A stretch of DNA of 64,000 nucleotides from assembly GCA_040877375.1 (NCBI GenBank), contig JBBDNW010000177.1:1609-65608 (forward strand), given 5' to 3'. How positions within the stretch are numbered: position 1 is the stretch's first letter; every line of letters starts with the position of its first letter. A program made the translations under genes and the position numbers. The DNA is from Pirellulales bacterium (GTDB taxonomy: Bacteria > Planctomycetota > Planctomycetia > Pirellulales > UBA1268). The notes under the pieces were generated by a model. That model saw only the letters and a program-made list of their open reading frames with translations, was not told the origin of the DNA and searched no databases. Below, one piece after another: positions 55,846-64,000 of the stretch.

Positions 55846-56226
55846 TCAGCCCCCGCCGAGTTCCGTGTACTTACAAGCGTTGCCCCGGGCGAGAGTGACC
55901 GGGTATTTCCGCTCGTTCGCCGTCAGCTTGGCGGTGATCGCCTCGGCCAAGTCGATACCCAGCCGGTCGGCGAGGAGCATGGCGAACATCACGACGTCGG
56001 CGATCTCCTCGGCCACACCAGCCCGTTTGGCGGCGTCGGCCAGATCCTGATCGACCTCGGCGTCGGTTTTCCAGAGAAACCGCTCCTGGAGTTCGGCGGC
56101 CTCGATGGCGACCGCTGCCGCTAGGTTCTTCGGCGTGTGAAACTCCGCCCAGTCGCGGGCGTCCCGAAACTGGCAGACGGCCACCACGAGGTCGGCGAGC
56201 GTGACGGTGGAAGGGAGATGAGACAT
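55846..56226 (-). CDS. DCTPP1/MazG-like all-alpha nucleoside-triphosphate pyrophosphohydrolase
   Basis: FRDARDWAEFHTPKNLAAAVAIEAAELQERFLWK...EEIADVVMFAMLLADRLGIDLAEAITAKLTANERKYP. Start taken at ATG 56226 (MSHLPSTV...). Confidence 0.8.
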   Translation of the reverse strand: MSHLPSTVTLADLVVAVCQFRDARDWAEFHTPKNLAAAVAIEAAELQERFLWKTDAEVDQDLADAAKRAGVAEEIADVVMFAMLLADRLGIDLAEAITAKLTANERKYPVTLARGNACKYTELGGG

Positions 56227-56451
56227 GCGGTGAGAATAGCCAATCAGCCCCGATTCCGCCCCTCTCCCCAACGTCCGATAATGTCTCTTATGTCCGTTTG
56301 GGCCTAGACGTTTTCGCCTTGTTTTCAAGCTCATTCGCCCTGCACCCCTGCCGCTCGTCAGGGCTCAAGAGTCATGACGGCCCGGGGATCGATGTTGTGG
56401 CGACGCCCGCGTGACGTCGCCGAGCTGCTGAGGCGACGTGCCGACAACACA

Positions 56452-57288
56452 TCAGCGGATGGGAAGTGGCGTCTGCGCGCCAACCGGAAATTGCCCCGGC
56501 ATCTGTTGTTGCTGCGGCCGGTTCAGAAACCCGCTCGTTGCTGGCGGTGTTGGATGTGCCGGCTGCACGGGTGCGGTCGTCGGTCCGCCCCAAGCGGCTG
56601 GCGAGGTGAATCCGGCTGGCACGGCCTGCTGCCCCCCCTGCCCCAGCGTCGCGGGCCCGGCGGCGTTGCCCGTCCAAGCGGTCGGCGAGGTGACGCTCTC
56701 CCAGATGGCCTTGAACGCAGACGGCTGGGCCAAGCCGCCCGGCGGTGGCGGAGGAGCGACACCGGCTCCCGGCTGCCGGAACTGTTCTTCAAACTGCTTC
56801 ACGAATGGCTGCACCGGCTCCACGATGTTCGGGGGGAGCAGTTCATCGGCCCGGACGATGATCTCGGCCACGAGTCGGCCGCTGCGACTGCCGACGATCT
56901 GGTTGCGGTAGGCAGGGGCCAAGGTAACGGCGAAGAAGGTGACCACGACGCAGATCAGTCCGCCCTTCGCTAGGCCGAAGACCAGACCGAGCTGATGGTC
57001 GAACGCCGAGAGGTGGACGGCGCTGATCGCACCTGAGATCACGCGGAAGACGAGCCACACCGCCAGCGAGGTGCCCACGTAAATCGCCAGCATCGCGATC
57101 AGACGATTCCAGGGCGCCTGCTGACCAACGAAAGGGGCCAGGGAACCGCCGAACCGCAGGGCCAGAAAACTGCTGGCCGCGATGCCGGCGATCCACGCGA
57201 GTTGCCAGACAATACCCTTAAAATAGCCGAGCACCGCGGCTGCGGCGAGGATGCCGAGCATCACCAGGTCGTAGCCTTCGATCGCCAT
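56452..57288 (-). CDS. cvpA: CvpA-family membrane protein with P/G/Q-rich C-terminal tail
   Basis: MAIEGYDLVMLGILAAAAVLGYFKGIVWQLAWIAG followed by 4 TM helices is typical of CvpA. Start taken at ATG 57288. Confidence 0.75.
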   Translation of the reverse strand: MAIEGYDLVMLGILAAAAVLGYFKGIVWQLAWIAGIAASSFLALRFGGSLAPFVGQQAPWNRLIAMLAIYVGTSLAVWLVFRVISGAISAVHLSAFDHQLGLVFGLAKGGLICVVVTFFAVTLAPAYRNQIVGSRSGRLVAEIIVRADELLPPNIVEPVQPFVKQFEEQFRQPGAGVAPPPPPGGLAQPSAFKAIWESVTSPTAWTGNAAGPATLGQGGQQAVPAGFTSPAAWGGPTTAPVQPAHPTPPATSGFLNRPQQQQMPGQFPVGAQTPLPIR

Positions 57289-57646
57289 CGAGCAGCATCT
57301 CCTGAGGACCGCAAGTTTGCGGGAGGCGGAGTGTAGGGGCCGGGCGGCTGGGCAACGAAGCCCAGAAACCCGATTCTTTTGAGCTGATATGAAGCCAGCG
57401 ACGCCACAATCGGCAACCATTTCCCAAAGCCCCTAGGCGATTCATTTTATCGCTCGCGCGGCCTTTCAGTCCGCGCAGACCACCCATAACTCCCATTCCA
57501 CTGTTTTTCGCTCACCGCCACGGGCGCAGGTCTGGGTGACGACCGTTCCGAACGTTTGCTTTCGGCGGTGCAGGGGATGCCACGCGGTGTCGGCTGTCCC
57601 TTTGTCAGGCAACGGTCGATACGAACGAAGGTTTGCGCCGATCGGA

Positions 57647-58417
57647 ATGGAGTCCGCTCGGCTGCTTTCTTGGGGGAATCTCGTAGTGCCCGGCTTCCGC
57701 GAGCACATCACCGGCTCATCCATCGTGGGCGCGAGCTATGGCGCTGCCGCCTGGTATCTGGGCGACATGCCCCCGATGACCTGCGCCCTGGGAGCAGGGC
57801 TCTGCGCTGTATCTGGCATGCTCCCCGACCTCGACAGCGGGCCGGGCCTGCCGCTCCGCGAGAGCGTGGCGTTCGCCGCGGCCCTCGTCCCGCTGCTGAT
57901 GATTCACCGATTTCAGCAGTGGGGGCTGCCGCTCGAGGCGATGATTCTCTCCGGGGCGGCTATTTATTTGGCGGTTCGGTTCGGGCTGACGTGGCTACTC
58001 GAAAACCATGCGCGGCACCGCGGCATGTTTCACAGCCTGCCCGCGGCGGCGATCGCGGGCCAAGTGACGTTCCTCGCGTTCTCCTCGGAAGAGCCACTTC
58101 ACCGCTACTTCGTCTCCAGCGCAGTGTTGCTCGGCTTTCTCTCGCATCTAGTGCTCGACGAGATCTGGGCCGTGAGGCAGGGACTGTTCGGGCCGAAGGT
58201 CAAGAAGTCGTTCGGAACAGCGATGAAGTTTGCCGGTCCAGAACTCTGGCCGAACTTGCTCTCGTATGCGATCGTGATCGTGTTGGGTGCCATCGCTGCC
58301 GGTGATGCGGCCTGGACCGAGCGGATGGCCAACGTCCGTCAGCAGATGCAGCAGGCCACACGCCCATTCCAGCAGCAGCAACTACAGCAACAACAGCCGT
58401 GGCAGTTCCGGCGATAG
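57647..58417 (+). CDS. DUF457/YdjM-like membrane-bound metal-dependent hydrolase
   Basis: Multi-TM protein. Conserved His/Asp positions HITGS, PDLDS, HRGMFHSL and SHLVLDE. Q-rich tail. Start taken at ATG 57647. Confidence 0.65.
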   Translation: MESARLLSWGNLVVPGFREHITGSSIVGASYGAAAWYLGDMPPMTCALGAGLCAVSGMLPDLDSGPGLPLRESVAFAAALVPLLMIHRFQQWGLPLEAMILSGAAIYLAVRFGLTWLLENHARHRGMFHSLPAAAIAGQVTFLAFSSEEPLHRYFVSSAVLLGFLSHLVLDEIWAVRQGLFGPKVKKSFGTAMKFAGPELWPNLLSYAIVIVLGAIAAGDAAWTERMANVRQQMQQATRPFQQQQLQQQQPWQFRR

Positions 58418-58503
58418 AACGCACCTCGAGCGCATTCGCATGCAGGAGAGCGGCGAGGTGGCAATACAAGTAAGATGAGTGGGCCCTCACGGCGGTGTGG
58501 AGC

Positions 58504-58630
58504 GGGGCGGGGTGCTACCCGCATTCCCCGCGCTTGCGCTTGGGGCTTCCTGACGGGAGGCACGGGGGTCGGCGAACGCTCGAGGAGCGCCTGAGCCGCC
58601 GCGGCCCTCAGCGACGAGACTTTTGCCGCG
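58504..58630. repeat. modular hairpin repeat (family B, copy 2)
   Basis: Collinear with 25991-26100. Its 3' part (58583-58629) is 47/47 identical to 61716-61762. Confidence 0.9.
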
Positions 58631-58751
58631 GCGACACACGTTACGTTGAATATGGTCTCACTTGGCTGGATCGCCGGCTCGGAGCCGGTCGGCCCTTGTT
58701 TCGTGGCGGTGGCGACTGGATCATGGATCGACCTTCGTCTGAAACCCCGCT

Positions 58752-59714
58752 GTGCGCACCATGCTCCTCGCCACCACGCTGCCCAACGCGACGGCCTTCG
58801 CCAGCCTCGTCGTGGAGTTGGTGCTCATCTCAGCCGCTGCATTCGCGGGGGGGTCGTCGCTGGCATTCCTGTCCCTCGGCCACCGGCCGATGCAGGTGCT
58901 CCTGTCGCTGACCGGGGGTGTGCTGCTCGGTGTCGGCATGCTCCACCTGCTGCCCCACGCCTGGATGCAGCTTGACCGCGACATCGAAAAAACAATGGGG
59001 TGGGTACTGACCGGCTTCTTTCTGATGTTTCTGCTCGAACGGGCCTTTCACGGGCATGCCCACCACACCGCCGACGGCAGTTGCGACCATGATCACGATG
59101 ATCACGATGGTCACGATGGTCACGATGGTCACGATGGTCACGATGGTCATGCCGCCCCGGCCCCTGCCGGCCGGTCCTTCGCGTGGTGCGGGGCGTTTGC
59201 GGGCCTCGCGCTGCACAGCCTCGCCGATGGAGCTGCTCTGGCGGCCTCGGTGGGGTCGGATGCAGCCCACGGCGTCGGCCTCCTGGCGGGCTTCGCCACC
59301 TTTCTCGCGATCCTGCTCCACAAGCCATTCGACGCGGGCATCATCGCCACGCTGATGATCGACGCGGGAGCGTCGCCGCGGACAAGGCTCGTGGTCAACG
59401 CGCTCTACGCGGCCGTCGTGCCGCTCGGTGCCTTCGGCTTCCTCACGAGCCTCACGCTCTTCGGCGGGCGGCAGGACGCGGTGCTCGGCATCGCCATGGC
59501 GATGGCGGCTGGCGCGTTTCTGTGCATCGCCGCGGCGGACCTCCTGCCGGAGGTGCAGTTTCACAGCCACGACCGCGTGCTGCTGACCACTGCCCTCGCG
59601 ATGGGATTAGCGATCGCCTGGGGTATCACTGCCCTGGAGCGGTCATCGCATGCCCACGGTGCCCATGTGCAGCGCGGCGCGATTCCGGCCAACGCTCCCG
59701 CTCACGACCGCTAA
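58752..59714 (+). CDS. ZIP-family divalent metal transporter with His/Asp-rich loop
   Basis: LHSLADGAALAAS and ILLHKPFDAGII ZIP motifs. Loop DHDHDDHDGHDGHDGHDGHDGH is encoded by a 9-bp repeat at about 59086-59150. Alternative start at ATG 58761. Confidence 0.85.
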   Translation: MRTMLLATTLPNATAFASLVVELVLISAAAFAGGSSLAFLSLGHRPMQVLLSLTGGVLLGVGMLHLLPHAWMQLDRDIEKTMGWVLTGFFLMFLLERAFHGHAHHTADGSCDHDHDDHDGHDGHDGHDGHDGHAAPAPAGRSFAWCGAFAGLALHSLADGAALAASVGSDAAHGVGLLAGFATFLAILLHKPFDAGIIATLMIDAGASPRTRLVVNALYAAVVPLGAFGFLTSLTLFGGRQDAVLGIAMAMAAGAFLCIAAADLLPEVQFHSHDRVLLTTALAMGLAIAWGITALERSSHAHGAHVQRGAIPANAPAHDR

Positions 59715-60304
59715 ATCGGGCCGCCAACCGTGGTGGTGGCTGCGTCGCGGCCCCCCGGTTCGACGTCGAGCCCCCGCGCGAGCCGCTCACGCCGCACCTC
59801 TTCGACGATGTCATCGATCAGCCGCTGCTGGCCACGGATGGCGGGCATCTGCGCCTGAAAACACCACGCGATCGCCGCCGCCAGACCGAGGCCGCCGATG
59901 AGGTGCGGCGTCACCCAGTCACGGCTCGCGCGGCGGCCGGCCGCAGGATCGGCTGCTCCGCCCAACGCCACGATCACCACCACGGCGAGCGTGCCCAGGA
60001 GCGCGAATGGAAACGCCCCCCGCTTGAGCCCCGCGCTGCGGGTGATGAGTTTGTGGTCAAGCCCGTAGGCCTCCACGACCTCGCGGCACCAGCGTCCTGT
60101 CCCGATGAAGTAGGTGACCGTCAGGCTGTTGACGAGCACCACGCTGAGCGCCGCGAAGACGCCTGACAGACGATGAACGGTGCCCCAGCGGAGCACTGCG
60201 GGGTCGGTGACGCCATGCAGGTCCCCAAGCCATAGCCCCAGGACCGCGGTCGCAGCCAGCAGCGTGAGGGCGAAAAGCGCCGCTCGTGTGAACACCCTCT
60301 CCAT
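59711..60304 (-). CDS. hypothetical 4-TM membrane protein
   Basis: MERVFTRAALFALTLLAATAVLGLWL... with four hydrophobic helices. The convergent 4-nt overlap with the ZIP gene is the only unusual point. Confidence 0.5.
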   Translation of the reverse strand: MERVFTRAALFALTLLAATAVLGLWLGDLHGVTDPAVLRWGTVHRLSGVFAALSVVLVNSLTVTYFIGTGRWCREVVEAYGLDHKLITRSAGLKRGAFPFALLGTLAVVVIVALGGAADPAAGRRASRDWVTPHLIGGLGLAAAIAWCFQAQMPAIRGQQRLIDDIVEEVRRERLARGLDVEPGGRDAATTTVGGPI

Positions 60305-60430
60305 GCCGATCGATCCTCCGCGCGTGTCTCGTTTTCCGGTCCACCCCACATCGCGCCGGGTGACGCGTGCGTGGACTCATCAAACGTTATAGGCTGTCCG
60401 ACACCACCGACGCCATCAATCTCTTCCGCA

Positions 60431-61516
60431 ATGACGCAGCCCAATCTTCCGCCCGTGCTCGCGCTGACCTGCGGCGACCCTGCCGGAATCGGTCCGGAAG
60501 TGGTCGTCCTGGCATGGGCAGCCACTCCTGCGCACGCAACCGCACGGCTGCGGGTCTTCGCCGAACCGGCGCTGCTGGCCGACGTGCTTGCTCGCCGCCG
60601 GGGCATGCCCGCACTCGCCGTGGAGCGGGTGGCAGTCGACGATCCACGCGCTTCCGACAGCCGCACGCTGCTTGTCGTCGATCCCGGAACCGCAGCCGTC
60701 GGTGGTGGACTCCCCGACGCGGGAGTGATCTCGGCTGCCGGAGGCGCGGCGGCGGCGCGAGCCGTCGAGACGGCATTCGCGGCGACGCGGCGCGGGCTAG
60801 CCGATGCCATCGTCACGGGGCCACTTCATAAGGAGGCGTTGCACGCGGCCGGCTACGACGTGCCCGGTCATACAGAACTCCTCGCGCGGGCCTGCGGACT
60901 GCCCGACGCGGCGGCGTCGATGATGCTCTGGCTGCCGGCCGATCCACAGGCGGGCCGCGCGGCGGGCCTCGGGGTCGTCCACGCCACGCTTCACGAATCG
61001 CTGCGGTCCGCCGTCGAGCGGCTGTCGTCCTCCGGTATCGAGGCCGCGGGATTACGGCTGGCGGGCCTGCTCGCGGCGCTGCTCAACCGCCCGCCGCGCA
61101 TCGCGGTAGCTGCGCTCAACCCGCACGGCGGAGAGGGTGGGCTGTTTGGCGACGACGAGTCGCGGATCGTGGCTCCCGCCGTGGCGCGGCTCGCAGCCGC
61201 GGGCGTGGCCGTGACGGGCCCCCTGCCGGCCGACACGCTCTTCCTGCGGGCGAGCCGCGGGGAGTTCGACGGCGTGGTCGCGCTGTATCACGATCAAGGT
61301 CACATCCCCATCAAACTGCTCGGCATGCACCACGCGGTGAACATCACGCTCGGGCTGCCACTGGTGCGCACGAGCGTCGCGCACGGCACCGGCTTCGACA
61401 TTGTCGGCCGTGGCCTGGCGGATCCGTCGAGCATGCTCTCAGCCATCGACGCCGCCGAGAAGTTGGTCGCGTCGGGCCGGCCTACCGCCCGATCAAGTGG
61501 GCCTTCTTGGCGTTAA
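60431..61516 (+). CDS. pdxA: 4-hydroxythreonine-4-phosphate dehydrogenase
   Basis: LALTCGDPAGIGPEV, GHTELLA, NPHGGEGG, HDQG, SVAHGT. Start taken at ATG 60431. Confidence 0.9.
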   Translation: MTQPNLPPVLALTCGDPAGIGPEVVVLAWAATPAHATARLRVFAEPALLADVLARRRGMPALAVERVAVDDPRASDSRTLLVVDPGTAAVGGGLPDAGVISAAGGAAAARAVETAFAATRRGLADAIVTGPLHKEALHAAGYDVPGHTELLARACGLPDAAASMMLWLPADPQAGRAAGLGVVHATLHESLRSAVERLSSSGIEAAGLRLAGLLAALLNRPPRIAVAALNPHGGEGGLFGDDESRIVAPAVARLAAAGVAVTGPLPADTLFLRASRGEFDGVVALYHDQGHIPIKLLGMHHAVNITLGLPLVRTSVAHGTGFDIVGRGLADPSSMLSAIDAAEKLVASGRPTARSSGPSWR

Positions 61517-61644
61517 GGCAAGCTGAGTCCGGAACAGCCTTGGCCTGAAGGCACCTCGCGTTGAGGAGGAACTGCGAGAGTACTTTACCTGTGGAATCCT
61601 CTGCTTCGGATTCGCCAGGGCACTCTGCACAACGTGCGGTGAGG

Positions 61645-61775
61645 GCGCATCCGAGTTTGGTATGGCGCGAGATGGCACCTTGGAGGAGGTAGGCAAGGGG
61701 TCGGCGAACGCTCTTAGGAGCGCCTGAGCCGCCGCGGCCCTCAGCGACGAGACTTTTGCCGCCCCCGAGCCGGCG
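61645..61775. repeat. modular repeat (family B/C hybrid, copy 3)
   Basis: The 5' part GCGCATCCGAGTTTGG...GAGATGGCACC...GGGGTCGGCGAACGCTC is an inverted homolog of 63410-63495. The 3' part is identical to family B copy 2. Confidence 0.85.
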
Positions 61776-61823
61776 ATACACGTAAGCGGATGCGGCCACC
61801 GATATGGCGGTCTGTTCTCCGTC

Positions 61824-62684
61824 TCAACCGGTTTCAGACGCCGCCATGCGCCGCCATTTTTCGAGATCGGGCACGGTGTCATCGGCGCGGTCGCCGTGCG
61901 GAATCACCTCCTGGAGATCCACTTCAGGGTTGGCAAGGGCGGCGACCGACTCGAGGATCATGTCTGGGCCGTAAGCATAGCGGGCCAGATCGCGCTTCTT
62001 GGTCGAGCCGCTGAGTACAAGGATCGTCCGGTATCCCATCTGCACGCCGCCTAGAATGTCGGTCTCCATCGTGTCGCCCACCATGATCGTCTCGCTGGTT
62101 GCCAGGCCAAGCTCCTTGCGGGCAGCCCGCATCATGATGGGGCTTGGCTTGCCGATGCTGAGGGCCTTCGTGCCGGTGGCTGTCTCAAGGTAGGCCACCG
62201 TCGCTCCGCAACCCGGCCTCGTGCCGTTCTTGGTGGGGCAGTTGGGATCGAGGTTCGTTGCAATGAGCTTGGCACCGCCCAGAATCATCGTCACGGCGGT
62301 TTCGAGCATGTCGAGCGTGACCGTCCGGCCCTCGCCGACCACAACGAAATCGGGCGCGTGATCGACCACTGTATAGCCATTGTGGTGAAGCGCGTTGAGA
62401 AGCCCCCCTTCCCCGATGGCAAACGCCGTGCCTTCCGGCTTGTGCATGGCGAGGTACCGTGCCGTCGCCATCGAGCAGGTGAAGATGTGTTTCTCTTCAG
62501 CGGGGATCCCCATGCGGACGAGTTTCATGGCCACGTCTCGTTTGGTTCGCTGGCTGTTGTTCGTGAGGAACACGAACGGAATGCTTTCCCGGAGTAGCCG
62601 CCGAATAAACAGATCGGCCCCAGGAATCAGTTCGCCGCCGCGATGGACGACCCCGTCCATATCGATCAAATACCCGCGCTTCAT
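61824..62684 (-). CDS. HAD-IIA family hydrolase (NagD-like sugar-phosphatase type)
   Basis: YLIDMDGVVHRG (DxDG), FLTNNS and GDTMETDILGG. Start taken at ATG 62684. Confidence 0.85.
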   Translation of the reverse strand: MKRGYLIDMDGVVHRGGELIPGADLFIRRLLRESIPFVFLTNNSQRTKRDVAMKLVRMGIPAEEKHIFTCSMATARYLAMHKPEGTAFAIGEGGLLNALHHNGYTVVDHAPDFVVVGEGRTVTLDMLETAVTMILGGAKLIATNLDPNCPTKNGTRPGCGATVAYLETATGTKALSIGKPSPIMMRAARKELGLATSETIMVGDTMETDILGGVQMGYRTILVLSGSTKKRDLARYAYGPDMILESVAALANPEVDLQEVIPHGDRADDTVPDLEKWRRMAASETG

Positions 62685-63409
62685 AGTATCTCCAGGTCTT
62701 GATGGCACCGGGAAAGAGCCCGGTGACTGAGGTGGGAATCAAGAACTATCACGACGTCGGCGCCTTCCCTCGAACGAGGAAACGCCGGATGGGAGTCGGA
62801 CTGTCCAAGAGATGTGCAAACCCCGTGCCGTGCCCCCAATGACCTCCGCCGAAGCCCTTTTTTTAATCGGCTTCATCACGTGTGCCCTAGCCGTAGGCGT
62901 CCTGCCCGTTTCCTGGGCAGAGCATCGGGTTGGCGATGCATGAGCAAACAAGGCCTGCGGACCGGATGGTCGATGGGCCTTTTCTGCTGCGTGACCCCGT
63001 GTGCCCTCATGTTCACCGCGCTCGCCGCGTTTCTCACGCGGCCCCGAGTCCGCCCGCATTGTGGCACGGCGTCATCCCGCCGGTGCCCGCGGCGGTGGGT
63101 GATCTCCGTGCCGAAACGGTTGCGCGGAATCCTCGCCGATCGGGCTTCCACGTTTCTTGTGGGGCAGCGGACTGGCTCTGAAGCCGGGGAAGTCGCCGTT
63201 TGGGGCCTGTTTTTTGGTAAGGGCACAGACCGACTCCGGCTTCACATTCGGCGGGAGCTTCAGAGCGCGTGGATGTCGATCACCGGCAGTTCGTTGGCTG
63301 AGGCCTGCACGACATCTCGGTCATCGTGAGCCTGAACGAGCTCGCCCCAGTCGGTGGGCGGTCCTCTCGCGGGTGACACAGGTGGCGGCCGGGGCGAGGA
63401 AACGCCCAA

Positions 63410-63495
63410 GGCTCCTCGAGCCTTCGCCGACCCCCTTGGCTACCTTCCTTACGGTGCCATCTCGCCGCTCTCCGCAGAAGCAAAATCGGATGCGC
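63410..63495. repeat. inverted copy of the 61645-61724 repeat module
   Basis: Reverse complement reads GCGCATCCGATTTTGC...GAGATGGCACC...GGGGGTCGGCGAAGGCTCGAGGAGCC. By eye it is about three-quarters identical to the left copy. Confidence 0.8.
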
Positions 63496-63496
63496 T

Positions 63497-64000
63497 TTAG
63501 CGCAGCAGGCCGAGGCCGTTGACGTACATCTCGGTGATATCGATCATCCCCTCGGTGGCGGGCTGATAGAAAAATATCGTGGCATCGACAGACCCGTTGA
63601 GCTCCACGTCGTGGAGGTCCATCACGGCGATCGGCTCCGGAGGCGCGTCGGCGACGGGCCGCTTGCCGGGGATCGCCAGCCATTCGATGCGGCGCGGCAC
63701 CAGGTCTCCCCTGCCGATCGACAGGCGGATGCTCCACGGCACGCCATCCGGAAGATCGGCGGGCCCAAGGCCGCCGGGCTCTGCGGCGCGGCCCTTTAGT
63801 TCGGGAAGCACGAGCGGGAGATAGACGGGTTCCCACTGGCCATCGACAACCCACACGGCGATGCCATCGAGGTCACCGGGCGTCGCCTGGGAAAACCGGA
63901 ACCAGTGACGCAGTAGCCGCAGGGTCCGCTGCAGGCCCCCAAGGTAGGCCGTGCCGTCGGCGGCATCCGGTGCGTTGAGCGACGACAGCTTGCCGCGAAC
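63497..64000 (-). CDS. hypothetical protein, C-terminal part (ORF open to window edge)
   Basis: The frame of track ORF 63497..63856 stays open upstream to nt 64000 (...GKLSSLNAPDAADGTAYLGGLQRTLRLLRHWFRF...). I recognise no motif. Confidence 0.5.
   Translation of the reverse strand, partial: VRGKLSSLNAPDAADGTAYLGGLQRTLRLLRHWFRFSQATPGDLDGIAVWVVDGQWEPVYLPLVLPELKGRAAEPGGLGPADLPDGVPWSIRLSIGRGDLVPRRIEWLAIPGKRPVADAPPEPIAVMDLHDVELNGSVDATIFFYQPATEGMIDITEMYVNGLGLLR

Noticed and set aside
62814-63329. A 171-aa ORF, and overlapping minus-strand ORFs, as genes filling the 0.7-kb gap.
   Set aside because: Arg/Cys/Pro-rich sequence with no motif, no RBS and inconsistent composition. I treat the region as non-coding pending a homology search.
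1-64000. tRNA, rRNA, tmRNA, RNase P, SRP RNA, transposase, integrase or prophage genes.
   Set aside because: Reading by eye I found no cloverleaf-like, conserved-box or family motifs. A tRNAscan/Infernal run is needed to exclude small RNAs formally.

Overview
High-GC bacterial chromosome segment, roughly two-thirds G+C by eye. Its gene content points to Planctomycetota (inference): a DUF1559/H-X9-DG prepilin-like protein, a TIGR03000-type domain protein, a PEP-CTERM protein, a WD40 Ser/Thr kinase and giant exported proteins. About 50 protein genes are supportable. Most long antisense or overlapping ORFs in the track are GC artefacts. Layout: (i) 0-9.4 kb holds mixed envelope and regulatory genes. 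(ii) 9.66-33.3 kb is a ~24 kb co-directional, tightly packed and often ATGA-coupled array: giant PQQ-like beta-propeller protein, prenyltransferase-like protein, MoxR ATPase, DUF58, two BatA/vWA-type membrane proteins, four exported unknowns, and three HtrA-like PDZ paralogs of which only the first keeps a catalytic triad. (iii) 33-51 kb is mostly housekeeping (RluA-type synthase, P-II, leuA, asd, truA, accA). It also carries oddities: a domain-permuted photolyase-like protein, a signal-peptide-bearing Pcm fusion and an HTTM pair. (iv) 51-56.2 kb is a small defence-type islet: an MmeI-family type IIL R-M enzyme with a low-GC specificity region, a BrnT/BrnA toxin-antitoxin pair, and a DCTPP1/MazG-like gene paired with an unknown. 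(v) 56-64 kb holds membrane and metabolic genes (cvpA, ZIP transporter, pdxA, HAD-IIA). Intergenic space carries a modular family of hairpin repeats built around a 27-nt core present at 8 loci, including REPIN-like inverted doublets and two copies that share a 47-nt perfect match. I recognised no rRNA, tRNA, CRISPR array, transposase or integrase. All calls rest on motif reading by eye; no searches were run.
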